Assembly: GCA_964532425.1 (NCBI GenBank)
Contig: CAZHIA010000001.1
Coordinates: 124,951-188,950 of the forward strand
DNA from: an uncultured Candidatus Saccharibacteria bacterium
GTDB taxonomy: Bacteria; Patescibacteriota; Doudnabacteria; UBA920
Direction: 5' to 3'
DNA length: 64,000 bases
In this document: piece by piece, positions 26,048 to 36,405 of the stretch
How the letters are laid out: each line of letters opens with the position of its first letter
Position numbering within the stretch: position 1 is the first letter of the stretch
Made by a program: the position numbers and the translations under genes
Notes under the pieces: generated by a model
Database searches by the model: none
Seen by the model: only the letters and a program-made list of their open reading frames with translations
What the model was told of the DNA's origin: nothing

Positions 26048-26431
26048 ATGTCTAAACCTGCAAAATTTTTAATTATCCTTCTTTTCTCACTGTTCCTTTC
26101 TTGTCCTGCCCATGCTGCCCGCATGGCCCCTGGTTCCTCTAAGGGCGAGGTACCGCAGGTTCAGCCATTGCAACCGATAGACGGAGCGGTGGCGCCGAAC
26201 GTCGGACAGAATATTTTAGCCAAACCGGCACAAGACGATCCGGGACCGGACAATGAGCAGGACGGTCTCCAGGTACCGGCTTCATCTTCGAGCAGTGAAC
26301 CTGAGGCCCATGCGGGAGTGGTTGCGTCTCCCGAGGCTCCGCCGTCACGCCTGTTTAATTATGTGGTAGCGCTGTTGATGCTTGTCGGTGCGGGGTTGGT
26401 AGTGTATGCTGCTAAATCCCGGAAGCAGTAA
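26048..26431 (+). CDS. Small exported protein with C-terminal membrane anchor
   Basis: Signal peptide ending AHA, Pro/Ser-rich middle, C-terminal TM plus basic tail. Confidence 0.75.
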   Translation: MSKPAKFLIILLFSLFLSCPAHAARMAPGSSKGEVPQVQPLQPIDGAVAPNVGQNILAKPAQDDPGPDNEQDGLQVPASSSSSEPEAHAGVVASPEAPPSRLFNYVVALLMLVGAGLVVYAAKSRKQ

Positions 26432-26507
26432 CCGGTCAAATTAAAAATGCAAAATTCAAAGTTAAAAATTATGGAGCCTTCTTTTGGCGGATAAATTTAA
26501 ATAATGT

Positions 26508-27704
26508 ATGCCAGTATTCCCAAACAGTCAACACGAAACCTGCATATACTGCGGCAACAATCCGGTTCCGCACTTTTTCCATTGGTATTTTGAATCCGTG
26601 AATATCCTGTTCGCTCCGGTTCGGGAAGTGGTACTTTTCAATCCTGTAGCTTCCGCGACTAAACGGGCGATGCGGCGGATGCGGTTCGGCCAGCGGGCGC
26701 TGCGGACTATGCTTGCCTGCCGCGCGGTCAGTATGAACGACAAGCGCGAATTATGCACCAGCCCCCGGGCCAAAGTCCTCTGGGAAGAAGCCGAGCGGCG
26801 GGGCATAGACATGCGCGAGGTACAGATGTTCCGGAGAAATGTCGATACTTTCGTTGCTGAAAAGAACGGCCGGCAAGTGATCTTTTCCGGCTTGCCGAGG
26901 CCCGAAGGACACCATAACAGCATTTTGGATGTTATGGATGATAAAAAATACTTCAAGCACGCCATGCGGGAGGCGGGAATACCGGTGCCTGACGGGGGGA
27001 GTGCCTGGAATTTTATCCAGGCTCGCAATATCTTTCGGCGCGTCCAAAAACCAGTCATTGTGAAGCCTCGTACCGGTAGTCGCGGGCGCCATAGCACCAC
27101 GTATATTTATACTGAAGAGCAGCTCAAAAAAGCCTTCGATGTGGCTAAACAATTGTGCTTCTGGGTTATAGTGGAAGAGCACATTGAAGGGCCGGTGTAT
27201 CGTGGGACGGTGATCAATTACGAGTGCGAGGGTGTTCTGCGCGGCGATGCGCCGAGCGTGGTCGGGGACGGTGTTTCTTCTATAATGGAATTGGCAAAGG
27301 CGAGGAACGCTGCCTTGCCGGAAAATGTGAAGCCGACACCGCTGGATAGCAGGACCGAAATATTCCTGCACCGGCAAGCTTTGGGTTTGGCTTCCGTCCC
27401 GGAAGCCGGCAGGCGGGTTTACCTTTCGGAGAAAGTCGGCATTGGGTATGGCGGTTCTTCGTCCGAGGATTTCGATATCTGTCATCCGGAAAATAAGGAA
27501 TTGTGCGAGCGGGCTGCCCGGGCACTTCGTGAGCCTATTGTGGGTTTTGATTTCATTATTCCTGATATTACGAAGCCATATACCCAGCAGCGCGTCGGTT
27601 TCATTGAAGCGAATTCCATCCCATTTATCAACCTGCACCATCATCCACTGCTCGGCCAGCCGCGTAATGTCGCGGCTGCGGTGTGGGAGTTAGTGGGGTT
27701 CTAA
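26508..27704 (+). CDS. ATP-grasp ligase, cyanophycin synthetase/GshAB-like
   Basis: DDK, GIPVPDG, PVIVKP..GSRG, VEEHIEG, VVGDG, HPEN, GFDFIIPDI, IEANSIP, PRNVA. Confidence 0.85.
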   Translation: MPVFPNSQHETCIYCGNNPVPHFFHWYFESVNILFAPVREVVLFNPVASATKRAMRRMRFGQRALRTMLACRAVSMNDKRELCTSPRAKVLWEEAERRGIDMREVQMFRRNVDTFVAEKNGRQVIFSGLPRPEGHHNSILDVMDDKKYFKHAMREAGIPVPDGGSAWNFIQARNIFRRVQKPVIVKPRTGSRGRHSTTYIYTEEQLKKAFDVAKQLCFWVIVEEHIEGPVYRGTVINYECEGVLRGDAPSVVGDGVSSIMELAKARNAALPENVKPTPLDSRTEIFLHRQALGLASVPEAGRRVYLSEKVGIGYGGSSSEDFDICHPENKELCERAARALREPIVGFDFIIPDITKPYTQQRVGFIEANSIPFINLHHHPLLGQPRNVAAAVWELVGF

Positions 27705-27709
27705 TCCAC

Positions 27710-27817
27710 AATATATCGAATCTACGAATAGAACGAATCAACGAATAACTACGAAATTTCGAATTCGTTGATTCGTAGTCCTTCGCAGATTCGTCAAATT
27801 CGCAGATTCGATATATT
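27710..27817. repeat. ACGAAT/ATTCGT-array palindromic element
   Basis: 14-bp terminal inverted repeat AATATATCGAATCT; tandem ACGAAT units followed by their complements. Confidence 0.7.
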
Positions 27818-27844
27818 CATACGTTTGTCATTCTTATTTCTTAA

Positions 27845-28861
27845 ATGGACCATCATCCTTTCTACAAGCTATCCCATCGCATTGTCTCCGCATGGTCAGA
27901 CCGGCTGACGCGGCCTTTGACTGCGGAAAACATCGGTCCTAAAATTCTTCGTATCTGCGGAGCTACTTTGGATTTGCGCGATTATGACCGCGTGGTTGCG
28001 GTGTGGTGCGGCCGTCATCCCTGGGAAGAGTTTGCCACCCAGGTGGAAGCGGTTTTTGGGAAGGAGGGTATTCCTTTGTACGAGACAGCCACATCGACCC
28101 GGGTTGCGCAGCTGGCAGATGTCCTGCATGAGTTGGGGGAGGACGATGCGGTCGTATTTTTGCATGGCGGTAGTATGTACTGCCGCCCGGATGTACTTCA
28201 GGCGCTCTCCGCATTGAAGCATGCGGGTGCTTTACCGGCGGAACAGGACACGGTTCACAAGCATCTGGATGAATTCAGTGCTCCGGGACTGGCCTGCCTG
28301 GCGCAGCCTGCGGATTGCCTGGAGTTATGCTGGTCGCCGGCCGGTATCGGCTGTCCTTGTCCGAGTTGCCCTACAACAGCACGTGAGGCCCGTGAGGTTC
28401 TAGAATTTTATAACATTCCGGAGATGACCGGTAAGCCGTCATTCCGTCTCGAGCAGCGGAACGCCGAAAACACCAGGCGCGTTGTCTGTATAGACCAGGA
28501 TGAGATGGCACAACTGTTTAAGGACGCGGTTGAAGAATTCGGGTTGACTGTGCATGATGGACGTGGTAATGAAGTTCTGGGCGCCGGCGAGTACCCGGCA
28601 TATTGCTCGTTTGCTTTTTTAGAAGACCAGTCGCGGTTGAGATCTGTCCTTTCTCAGAATCCGGCCCGTACCCATTTGCTTCTCGTCTGGAACGAGCCTA
28701 CAGGCCGGCTTCGATATGTTGCGGCGCTTGCAGGCCACGCTATTCCGGCACAGACCGTACTTTCCGGATTCGATCAGGCTACATGGCAAGGTCCCGGCAT
28801 CTCTGCCGAAGCCGCAGGTTTTCTGAATGAACCGTTCGCGATTGTGGCGGCGTTATTTTAG
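27845..28861 (+). CDS. Highly divergent glycerate kinase-like (DUF4147/MOFRL-type) protein
   Basis: DLRDYDRVVAV, EDDAVVFLHGGS, VHKHL and PTTAREAREVL echo the family, but GAGKA and GGRN are absent. Confidence 0.55.
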   Translation: MDHHPFYKLSHRIVSAWSDRLTRPLTAENIGPKILRICGATLDLRDYDRVVAVWCGRHPWEEFATQVEAVFGKEGIPLYETATSTRVAQLADVLHELGEDDAVVFLHGGSMYCRPDVLQALSALKHAGALPAEQDTVHKHLDEFSAPGLACLAQPADCLELCWSPAGIGCPCPSCPTTAREAREVLEFYNIPEMTGKPSFRLEQRNAENTRRVVCIDQDEMAQLFKDAVEEFGLTVHDGRGNEVLGAGEYPAYCSFAFLEDQSRLRSVLSQNPARTHLLLVWNEPTGRLRYVAALAGHAIPAQTVLSGFDQATWQGPGISAEAAGFLNEPFAIVAALF

Positions 28862-28889
28862 ACACGAGGGGTGATTTTATGATATAATT

Positions 28890-31800
28890 ATGGAAAGTTG
28901 GAGGTGTGTTTCGAAATCAAATACAAATCATATGGCCAAGCCAAAATTAACCCATAAGGGGAGAGGGCGTGCTCCTATGGAAAAAGTCACAATCAAGCGG
29001 GTAAAAAGAAATACTAAAAAGCCGACAACTAAAGAAAAAATCCTGGCAGGATTGGGTTTAGGCTCCACGCTGCTCGGCGGCATCGCCTCAGTCAGTCCAA
29101 AGCCTCAAACTACCCAATTTACCAGATCGCAAGGTGATGAAGCCAAGAACAGCGGCAGCAAGGTTAAAAACGTGCTGAACCAGATTTTTGGCGTACCGGT
29201 TGCCCAAGCTTCCACTGATTATAGCACTATGAGCAAGGATGAGCTCGCCCAGCTTGCGGCACAGTTGAACGTGCCGAACCAGACGCCGCAGCAACAAGCG
29301 GAGTACCAGGCCATTGTGAATGCATACTATGGCAGAACGCCCACAACGTCCACAAGTAGCTCGTCAACCTCTTCCTCCAGTACCGGGAACAGTGGTTCAA
29401 CGACTTCCGAGGGTTCTACGCAAGGTACCGCATCGGGAGTTCAGGCGTACCATAATGGACAGTGGGGTGCTCCGCAGTCAGGAGATAAATTCACGGACGG
29501 CGCCGGGGTCAACTATACATTCCAAGGTGGGCAGTGGGTTCCAGACGCGCGCGATACGTACAGTCTTCCGACGACAGGTAATAAAGTGGGGGATACCAAA
29601 GCGGTCGGACCGAATCAAGTCGTCAGGTGGAACGGTGTGGCTTGGGTCGATGCTGACATTGGTACGGCCTTTAGTGACAATAGCGGAAATACCTTTGTAA
29701 TGGATGCCAGCGGAAAATGGATCCAGGGTGTCTACATGACTAATCCGCAGGGGTATAACCAGATCACTGGTGAGTACAGCCAGATGAATCCCATCAGTTT
29801 CGCTACTTTAGAGGCGGCAAAAGGATATGCCCAGTTGCTCGGAGGAACAGTTGAGGCTGTCACCTATGACCAGGGGCCGTATCGATTGGCCCAGCCACAG
29901 TATGTTATACGCGTAGGGAATGCAGTCTTGAATGCCGGTCTCGTGGCTCAGACGTTGAATGCATTCCCGAACGGCATGCAGATGATCCAACAAGAGATCT
30001 CGAAGTATAATTCCGCCGGTGTATCCACAAATAGTATGACCAAAACCCTGGAGGAGCTGCATGCTATGTACCCGAGCATAAATGTTGACGTGCCAGCTGC
30101 GAACGTGAGCGGGAATACGTACACAGGCCTTGCTGGTCAAGGCTCTAATGCTGCTTTTTATGGCCAAACTGCAAACGCCGGCGCCGCAATTCCGGGTTCG
30201 GCACCGGTTTGGAATATTGGGAACACGGGAACCCAGACCGGGACAGCCACCGGTCAACTGACCGCCCAACAACAGCAATGGATCGCTCAGTCCGGCACAA
30301 CCACCCGCCAGGCATTGCAGGGACAGGCCGGAGCGGTGGAATTTTTAGACAGTTATTTCGCCAATCATCCGGAACGGCTGCCCCAGGCTTTTGCGCCCGG
30401 TAGCTATATTGCGTACGGCTTGAGTGTCGGTACTTCCACCAGCGCCAATGTTTCCAATTATAACTTCAATTTTGATACCGGTAAATACGAAAAAGGCGGG
30501 ACAGGAACAACCGTAACTCCGCGAACTGATGCTCCAAATCCTGCTGCAACGGTTAACTTTAATTCGCTGACAGACCAGCAAAAGCAGGATATGACCGCTT
30601 ACTATGGCGGCCATCCGGAACGGCTTCCTGATGCTTTTGCCCCCGGTAGCTTTATCGCTTTTGGGCTGGGACTGGGAGGCGGGGCGCCGGATCTTTCAGA
30701 TCCGACCACGGCCAATACCCTGCAGAAAGCCGGGTACACCTGGAACGGTACGGCTTACGTGAAGATTGGTTCGACTGCAGCCTCGCATACTCCGACCGGA
30801 CCGATTACGACAGGAGACTATTATACCGATGAGCAAATTAAGAACATGGCTAATGGGATCGTGTACGATCCGGTAAAAATTTCCGATGCCCAACTACTGA
30901 GAGTGCAGAGTGGTATTACCGTGCCTGACCGGGTCTTCCCTGGTACGGTGCTTGCATATATGCTGGGCCTGGGGGATGCCAAAACCCAAGCTACCCAAGC
31001 TACGCGCGTCGGAACTGACGGCAAAACCTACCAGTATTCCAGCGGCTGGTGGGTAGTCCAGCCCGGGACGACAACTCAGGGAGCGCATACCAACGTACCG
31101 AATCCGGCACAAACAACCCCACCGGCTACCACTACGAGTCCTGATACTACGGTCACTATCAAGAGTCCCGGGGCAACCAGCGGCTCCACAATTAATGTCT
31201 CAATCAGCCAGCGAGCGAATAATGTGGTGCATATCGAATTCGTCGATCCTAACACGAATCAGCTGGTCAGCAAGGATTTTTCTTCCCTTACCGAATTTAG
31301 CAAACTGTTGCAGAGTTACAATGTAGGCGGAAATGATACCGCTGCCAGGAATTCACAGGCAGTGTTTGCGGCATTGGGATCGATCGGGCAAAACTGGAAT
31401 AAGGTAGCTACCGGGACTGTCCTGCCGCTGCCTCAGACAGTAACCCAGTCATCGGTCAACAATTCGGTATGGACCGACCAGAACGGCAATAGGGCGGTGA
31501 CTGCGGGAGCGTTGGGCATTAACGAACCATTGGGAGTGTTGTTCTATGATGCCGGTACCAACACACTTTACCTTGACCATGGGAACGGACAGTTTGAGAC
31601 TTTAACCGGCAACCAGGCGTATAATCAAGCCCGCGTGATTGAATATACGAATTTGATCAAAGCTGCCACGGCTACGCCCGATCATACGGCTGCGAGCAAT
31701 GACACGCTCCTCAAAGCGCTCGGCCGCAACACGGCAACGGTGGATGCCCAGCACCCGCTCGGTACCGGAGCCCAGAGCACGGGTTCCGGAATGCTGCAGC

Positions 31801-33224
31801 AAGGGGCTTGGTATTCCTGGACCGATTCATCGGTAGTCAAGGATTATGGGAAAAATGCCAACGCCTTCAAGGCGGATTGGCAAACTGATGCGACCGGTAA
31901 AGTTACGAGCATTACCATTACAACTACGAATGCCCAGGGACAACAGGTGCTCAGAACATTCCCGAGTCCCCAGGCCTTAATGAACTTTTTAGACACAACT
32001 TCTGGTCAATGGGCAGGATTGAACCCAGACCAGCAGCAAAATGCCTTTGCTGGTTTGCCTGATAATGTCAAAGCCATGTATACAGCCGCTAATGCAGCGC
32101 GGTCGTATATCCCGAATTTCCCCAATATCCAGACCACGAACCGTGTTGTAACCCCGCCGGGAACAGCCCAGCTTATTTCCACGGTTCCTGGATCGACCGG
32201 TCAGGTGTTGTCAGGAATGAATCCGGAATACTTTACGACTCCCGACCAAGCCAATGCGGCGCTGGCGGCCATCAGACAATACCACCCGGATGCGAAGTTG
32301 GTGGATATGTCGGTCAATTCCAGCCCTGGCTGGTTCACGAGCTATGGAACTGATCCGCGCGTTGGTTGGATGATCGTATATAATATCGATAACGGCAGTA
32401 ACCGCGCCACCTATGTTGACCCGGCAGCCGTGCTCAAGCAAATCGGTACGAGCGGACAATTGGCCAAAGATATTCCCGGTACCCAGCAATCCTTTTTTGC
32501 TACCAATAACGGAATTAACGTGGTCTTTAACACTGCCGTACCGAAAGGGTCCATGGGCGCAGCAAATACTGGGGCGGGTACGGGGACGCCGGCCGGCAGT
32601 ACTGGACAAACATCGAGCGGAACGCCAGCTCTCGGCGCTGTGTTGGGTAAAAACCCTTTCCATAACAACGAGAATGTTATGGTCACAACGGTTAACACGT
32701 TAGACGGATCGCTGCGGCCAACCAATGGTGTACTTTCCGACGGCTCGACCATAGAGATTGGCGGATATAATTTGGACGGGGCGTATAACCATTTCAGCCT
32801 CATGATCGGTACCGCTGAAGTACCCATCGACCAAGCCGTTATTACTGCCAATAAGATAACGTTACATCCAGTTTTCCCCAGCAGTACCCCAAATGGTGCT
32901 ATAATAAGAATTAAGCTACTGAGCGCTAATCCGGCACTCGCCGCAGGCCAGCTTTCCGGCGTATCTTTTAGCTTTACCAGGACCCAGTCTAGTAGTTTAG
33001 ACCAGGTAGACACGGAAACACAGGATTTGGAGTCCTCAGACGCGAGCGGGACTAGTCAGTCTCAATCTACGTATGTGGTCCAACCGGGCGATACGCTGTG
33101 GTCAATAGCTCAAAAAGTTTATCAGAGCGGTACCCAATGGGACAAGATTCTTTCGGCCAATAGTGATACTCTTCATGGGCCCCAGGATCTGAGAGTCGGC
33201 ATGGTACTGCGCATTCCATCTTAA
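28890..33224 (+). CDS. Large surface protein with C-terminal LysM domain
   Basis: 1444 aa, T/G/S/Q-rich; YVVQPGDTLWSIA..LRVGMVLRIP LysM. The true start may be 28932 or 28977. Confidence 0.85.
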   Translation: MESWRCVSKSNTNHMAKPKLTHKGRGRAPMEKVTIKRVKRNTKKPTTKEKILAGLGLGSTLLGGIASVSPKPQTTQFTRSQGDEAKNSGSKVKNVLNQIFGVPVAQASTDYSTMSKDELAQLAAQLNVPNQTPQQQAEYQAIVNAYYGRTPTTSTSSSSTSSSSTGNSGSTTSEGSTQGTASGVQAYHNGQWGAPQSGDKFTDGAGVNYTFQGGQWVPDARDTYSLPTTGNKVGDTKAVGPNQVVRWNGVAWVDADIGTAFSDNSGNTFVMDASGKWIQGVYMTNPQGYNQITGEYSQMNPISFATLEAAKGYAQLLGGTVEAVTYDQGPYRLAQPQYVIRVGNAVLNAGLVAQTLNAFPNGMQMIQQEISKYNSAGVSTNSMTKTLEELHAMYPSINVDVPAANVSGNTYTGLAGQGSNAAFYGQTANAGAAIPGSAPVWNIGNTGTQTGTATGQLTAQQQQWIAQSGTTTRQALQGQAGAVEFLDSYFANHPERLPQAFAPGSYIAYGLSVGTSTSANVSNYNFNFDTGKYEKGGTGTTVTPRTDAPNPAATVNFNSLTDQQKQDMTAYYGGHPERLPDAFAPGSFIAFGLGLGGGAPDLSDPTTANTLQKAGYTWNGTAYVKIGSTAASHTPTGPITTGDYYTDEQIKNMANGIVYDPVKISDAQLLRVQSGITVPDRVFPGTVLAYMLGLGDAKTQATQATRVGTDGKTYQYSSGWWVVQPGTTTQGAHTNVPNPAQTTPPATTTSPDTTVTIKSPGATSGSTINVSISQRANNVVHIEFVDPNTNQLVSKDFSSLTEFSKLLQSYNVGGNDTAARNSQAVFAALGSIGQNWNKVATGTVLPLPQTVTQSSVNNSVWTDQNGNRAVTAGALGINEPLGVLFYDAGTNTLYLDHGNGQFETLTGNQAYNQARVIEYTNLIKAATATPDHTAASNDTLLKALGRNTATVDAQHPLGTGAQSTGSGMLQQGAWYSWTDSSVVKDYGKNANAFKADWQTDATGKVTSITITTTNAQGQQVLRTFPSPQALMNFLDTTSGQWAGLNPDQQQNAFAGLPDNVKAMYTAANAARSYIPNFPNIQTTNRVVTPPGTAQLISTVPGSTGQVLSGMNPEYFTTPDQANAALAAIRQYHPDAKLVDMSVNSSPGWFTSYGTDPRVGWMIVYNIDNGSNRATYVDPAAVLKQIGTSGQLAKDIPGTQQSFFATNNGINVVFNTAVPKGSMGAANTGAGTGTPAGSTGQTSSGTPALGAVLGKNPFHNNENVMVTTVNTLDGSLRPTNGVLSDGSTIEIGGYNLDGAYNHFSLMIGTAEVPIDQAVITANKITLHPVFPSSTPNGAIIRIKLLSANPALAAGQLSGVSFSFTRTQSSSLDQVDTETQDLESSDASGTSQSQSTYVVQPGDTLWSIAQKVYQSGTQWDKILSANSDTLHGPQDLRVGMVLRIPS

Positions 33225-33247
33225 AAGATAATTTATTATAAACACAA

Positions 33248-34063
33248 ATGACAGAACACACCCACCACCACACTCCGGCTACTCCGGATGATGCTGGGCA
33301 GACAGGATCTCCTTCCATGCAGGGCGGCAGCCAGGGCATGGTCGCCTTGAGCATTTTGCTCGGGGCAATCTTAGTAGCAGCAGCGATGTTTTATAACACC
33401 AACGTCCTGGTGAAGAAAATGGGCGGAACGGAATTGACAGCACAAAAGGGTACGGAACAGCAGGCGCAAGCCCAGCCACAACCTCAACCTCAGGCGCAAG
33501 CCCAGCCACAGCAGCCGTCCGGGCCGGTGAGTGTCACGGATCGCGGTGACCAGCCGACTATTGGAAAGTCAAATGCCAAGGTGACCATTTACGAATTCTC
33601 AGATTTCCAGTGCCCATTCTGCCAACGGTTTGAACAGGGAGCTTATGCGCAGATTAAAACCAATTATATCGACACCGGCAAGGCCAAACTCGTATACCGC
33701 CACTATCCGCTGCCTTTCCACGTGAATGCCCAAAAGGCCGCAGAAGCAGGGGAGTGCGCGAATCGTCAAGGTAAGTTTGAGGCTTACCATGATATGCTCT
33801 TCGCCAAAGGCCAAGCTGACGGAACAGGGTTAGCTCCTGCTGATCTCAAGCAGTATGCTTCCCAGGTCGGTCTGGATACCGGCAAGTTCAACAAGTGTCT
33901 GGATAACGGCGAGACTGCCCAGGTGATCAAAGATGATACGGCTGCAGGAACGGCTGCCGGCATCAACGGCACTCCGAGCTTCGTAATCGGCGGTAAGCTG
34001 ATTGTCGGAGCCCAGGACTACAGCCAATTCCAGGCTGCGATCGATGAGGCGCTGAAGAAATAG
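33248..34063 (+). CDS. DsbA family thiol-disulfide oxidoreductase
   Basis: N-terminal TM, Q/P linker, EFSDFQCPFC, RHYPL, GTPSF. Confidence 0.93.
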   Translation: MTEHTHHHTPATPDDAGQTGSPSMQGGSQGMVALSILLGAILVAAAMFYNTNVLVKKMGGTELTAQKGTEQQAQAQPQPQPQAQAQPQQPSGPVSVTDRGDQPTIGKSNAKVTIYEFSDFQCPFCQRFEQGAYAQIKTNYIDTGKAKLVYRHYPLPFHVNAQKAAEAGECANRQGKFEAYHDMLFAKGQADGTGLAPADLKQYASQVGLDTGKFNKCLDNGETAQVIKDDTAAGTAAGINGTPSFVIGGKLIVGAQDYSQFQAAIDEALKK

Positions 34064-34106
34064 ATTCGAGAGCAGAGTTGGTAGTGAGTAGTTTATAGTT
34101 TATAGT

Positions 34107-34141
34107 AAACACCGCCTGACTGTATGGTCAGGCGGTGTTTT
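34107..34141 (+). terminator. Intrinsic (bidirectional-type) terminator
   Basis: AAACACCGCCTGAC..GTCAGGCGGTGTTTT. Confidence 0.85.
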
Positions 34142-34729
34142 GGTTTTGAATGCCCTTTGCGCAAAAATCGACGCTCAAATTTGCCATTAGAAAGGAGTTT
34201 TTATGGGTCTTGGTAGATTGAGTAGCTCCTTAAATTATCGTTTGAGGGCAGTAAGTTTGGCGGTAGGCATACATGTTGTTCTGTTTGCGGTAGGACAAGG
34301 GGAGATTTGGTTTGCTGATGCATATTCGTATAATGAAATGAACATCGCTGTCCTTGCTCGCAAGATTTGTAGATTGAACAGACTTACCTGAAATTCGTCG
34401 TGGCCGGAGTGCAAAAATCACAGCCGATAATTAAATTTTATACTTGCAAATGTATAGGGGAATGGAAGGCGAGTGTACAGTGCTGGTGTGACTGAGGTAA
34501 ATATTTTGTTAACACTATTGAACAGAGTGCCAGGTGAATCCCTCTCCTATCTTTCAGGTGGGTGCGTTGCGTAAAGCACGTAAGGAGAGAAATCTTGCTG
34601 AGTAGATTTCAGTCTTCGTCTGAGAGAGTAGAAAGATATCCGCTGGGGGCAAATATTATTACATAATCGGAACGGTTCAATTGTAACCCAACTTTTGCAT
34701 TTGTAAATATTTATTATTTGAGATATGGG

Positions 34730-35670
34730 CAAGAGGACGTTGCATCATCTGATGATGTATGAATAAATTTCGTCCCTACAAAACACATCCCGACAACTGT
34801 CCGAGGATTCTGTGCAGGAGCAAGCGACAGCTGCCCGCTCCCATTCTGATTGTTAAATTTTTGCGGGCGGATCCAACCTTCGCATGAACCTTCCTTCTTC
34901 GCTTAAGCTATGGAGGACAAGTCGGCGGACACGGTAAGTCCATGCACCATCCGATGGTGCATGGATAAATCTCCCCCCTGTACATATGACGGTGATCGCG
35001 CATGTGTCTCTTGCTCCCTGTAGGGACGAGCGATGGCTGTCCGATTAACCTACAGTGTAACTGTGATGGGCTGATTAATGCGGCCCCTCTATAAACAAAT
35101 TACTGATCACTCCAGTGCAGGAGAGTATTTTTTCCCCGCCATGGCTTTCCCGTCCGACAAAGCTTTTTGACCGTCAGTAGTTTTAACGGAGGAGGGTAGC
35201 GATGATAGGAAGCGACGGTGGGAGTCGCCCTCTAACAGCTTTACATCGGATCCGTTACGGGCGCATGAATGCGGCCTCTACAGAATACATACCGATGATC
35301 GTAAAGATGTTCCTTGTTCCTTGTAGGGGCAAGCGGCAGCTGCCCGTCCCGTTGGAGTTGATACCATGGTGATACGGGCGGGTCTAGTCACGAGCGGATG
35401 AATCCTGCCCTGCTGACTACATATTGATAACCCCTGAAGTGTAGGGGTGTGCTTTCTTGTCTACCAAGACTTTTTGACTGTCCATAGCCCTGCCTGCTCC
35501 TCGAGTCTGAGCAACCTCGGAGTCGAAGACCGGCAGGCAGGTTCATGCGAAGGGTATTGCGACGGGGCGGGAGCTGTCCGCACTCATCATGTATCAGGTG
35601 CTATAACCGGGCGGACTTATTAAATCCATACAACATCTAATGGTTGATGGATAAACCTCACCCCTACGCT
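34730..35670. repeat. Cluster of degenerate and nested REP-like palindromes
   Basis: Several GTAGGG(G/A)C..GCTG(C/T)CCG, ATGCGGCC..CT and CCATGCACCATC..GATGGTGCATGG units; no ORF of 60 aa or more. Confidence 0.7.
35489..35541. repeat. 53-bp CCTGCCTGC...GCAGGCAGG element
   Basis: Inverted copy of 13897-13949. Confidence 0.85.
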
Positions 35671-36271
35671 GTGAGTAGTTCCTCCTTTTTTGATTTGCAA
35701 GTTACCTAAATTTTCAGTCTAAAAAATGGAAAAAATTTGTGGATAACAGCAATTATAACATGCAAAATTTGAGGGTCGTAAGAAGGCATTTCAAGAGAGA
35801 TTAGGGAGTAGTATAAATAGTTAAAGATAAAAAAGCCTAACAAACATGAGACCTCAGAGTGGCGTGTAACATATGAAATTGAGAATTGCTCTTTCACTGA
35901 GAAGTAAAGCTTGAAACAAGAACTATCGTGCTTTATTTAAAGAATCTAAGTTTAAAATTAAAAGTATAATGAATCTAAATTCTATAAAATACTGAGGAAA
36001 ATATTTTTGTGGTAACACAGTTGTAACGAAGTTTCATAATGTAGCAAGTACTACCATTCCGGTGTCATTCATTTTATGAACTGCGACAATATACCTAAAA
36101 AACGTATTTAAAAAATCACACATTAATCTCTCTTATGAGATTGTTGGGGATTTTTAGATCTTTTCTGATCAAAAAATCAGCACGGGTTATGGCTAGATGA
36201 AACAGCATTTTTAACTCTCAAATCGCTGTTATTTTGCAATTCAATTTTGAAAGGAAAAATTGTTCATATTT

Positions 36272-36300
36272 TTGTCCAATAATTTTCTTAACGGTATAAT
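36272..36300 (+). promoter_or_regulatory. Candidate promoter of the giant gene
   Basis: TTGTCC-17 bp-TATAAT in an AT-rich region about 105 nt before the GTG start. Confidence 0.55.
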
Positions 36301-36405
36301 TTAAATATGAATATCGGGTATCCGAGAAATGCGAAAAAGACCTATAAACATAATGTATTTTAAAAGGCCAGTAGTTCAGAGACAGACAGGAAACTAACAC
36401 CTCAC

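Noticed and set aside
34203-34391. 62-aa ORF with AAGGAG upstream
   Set aside because: No recognisable features and lies in a repeat-rich non-coding region; insufficient support
35700-36400. Replication origin
   Set aside because: Only one perfect DnaA box seen, and no dnaA or dnaN nearby
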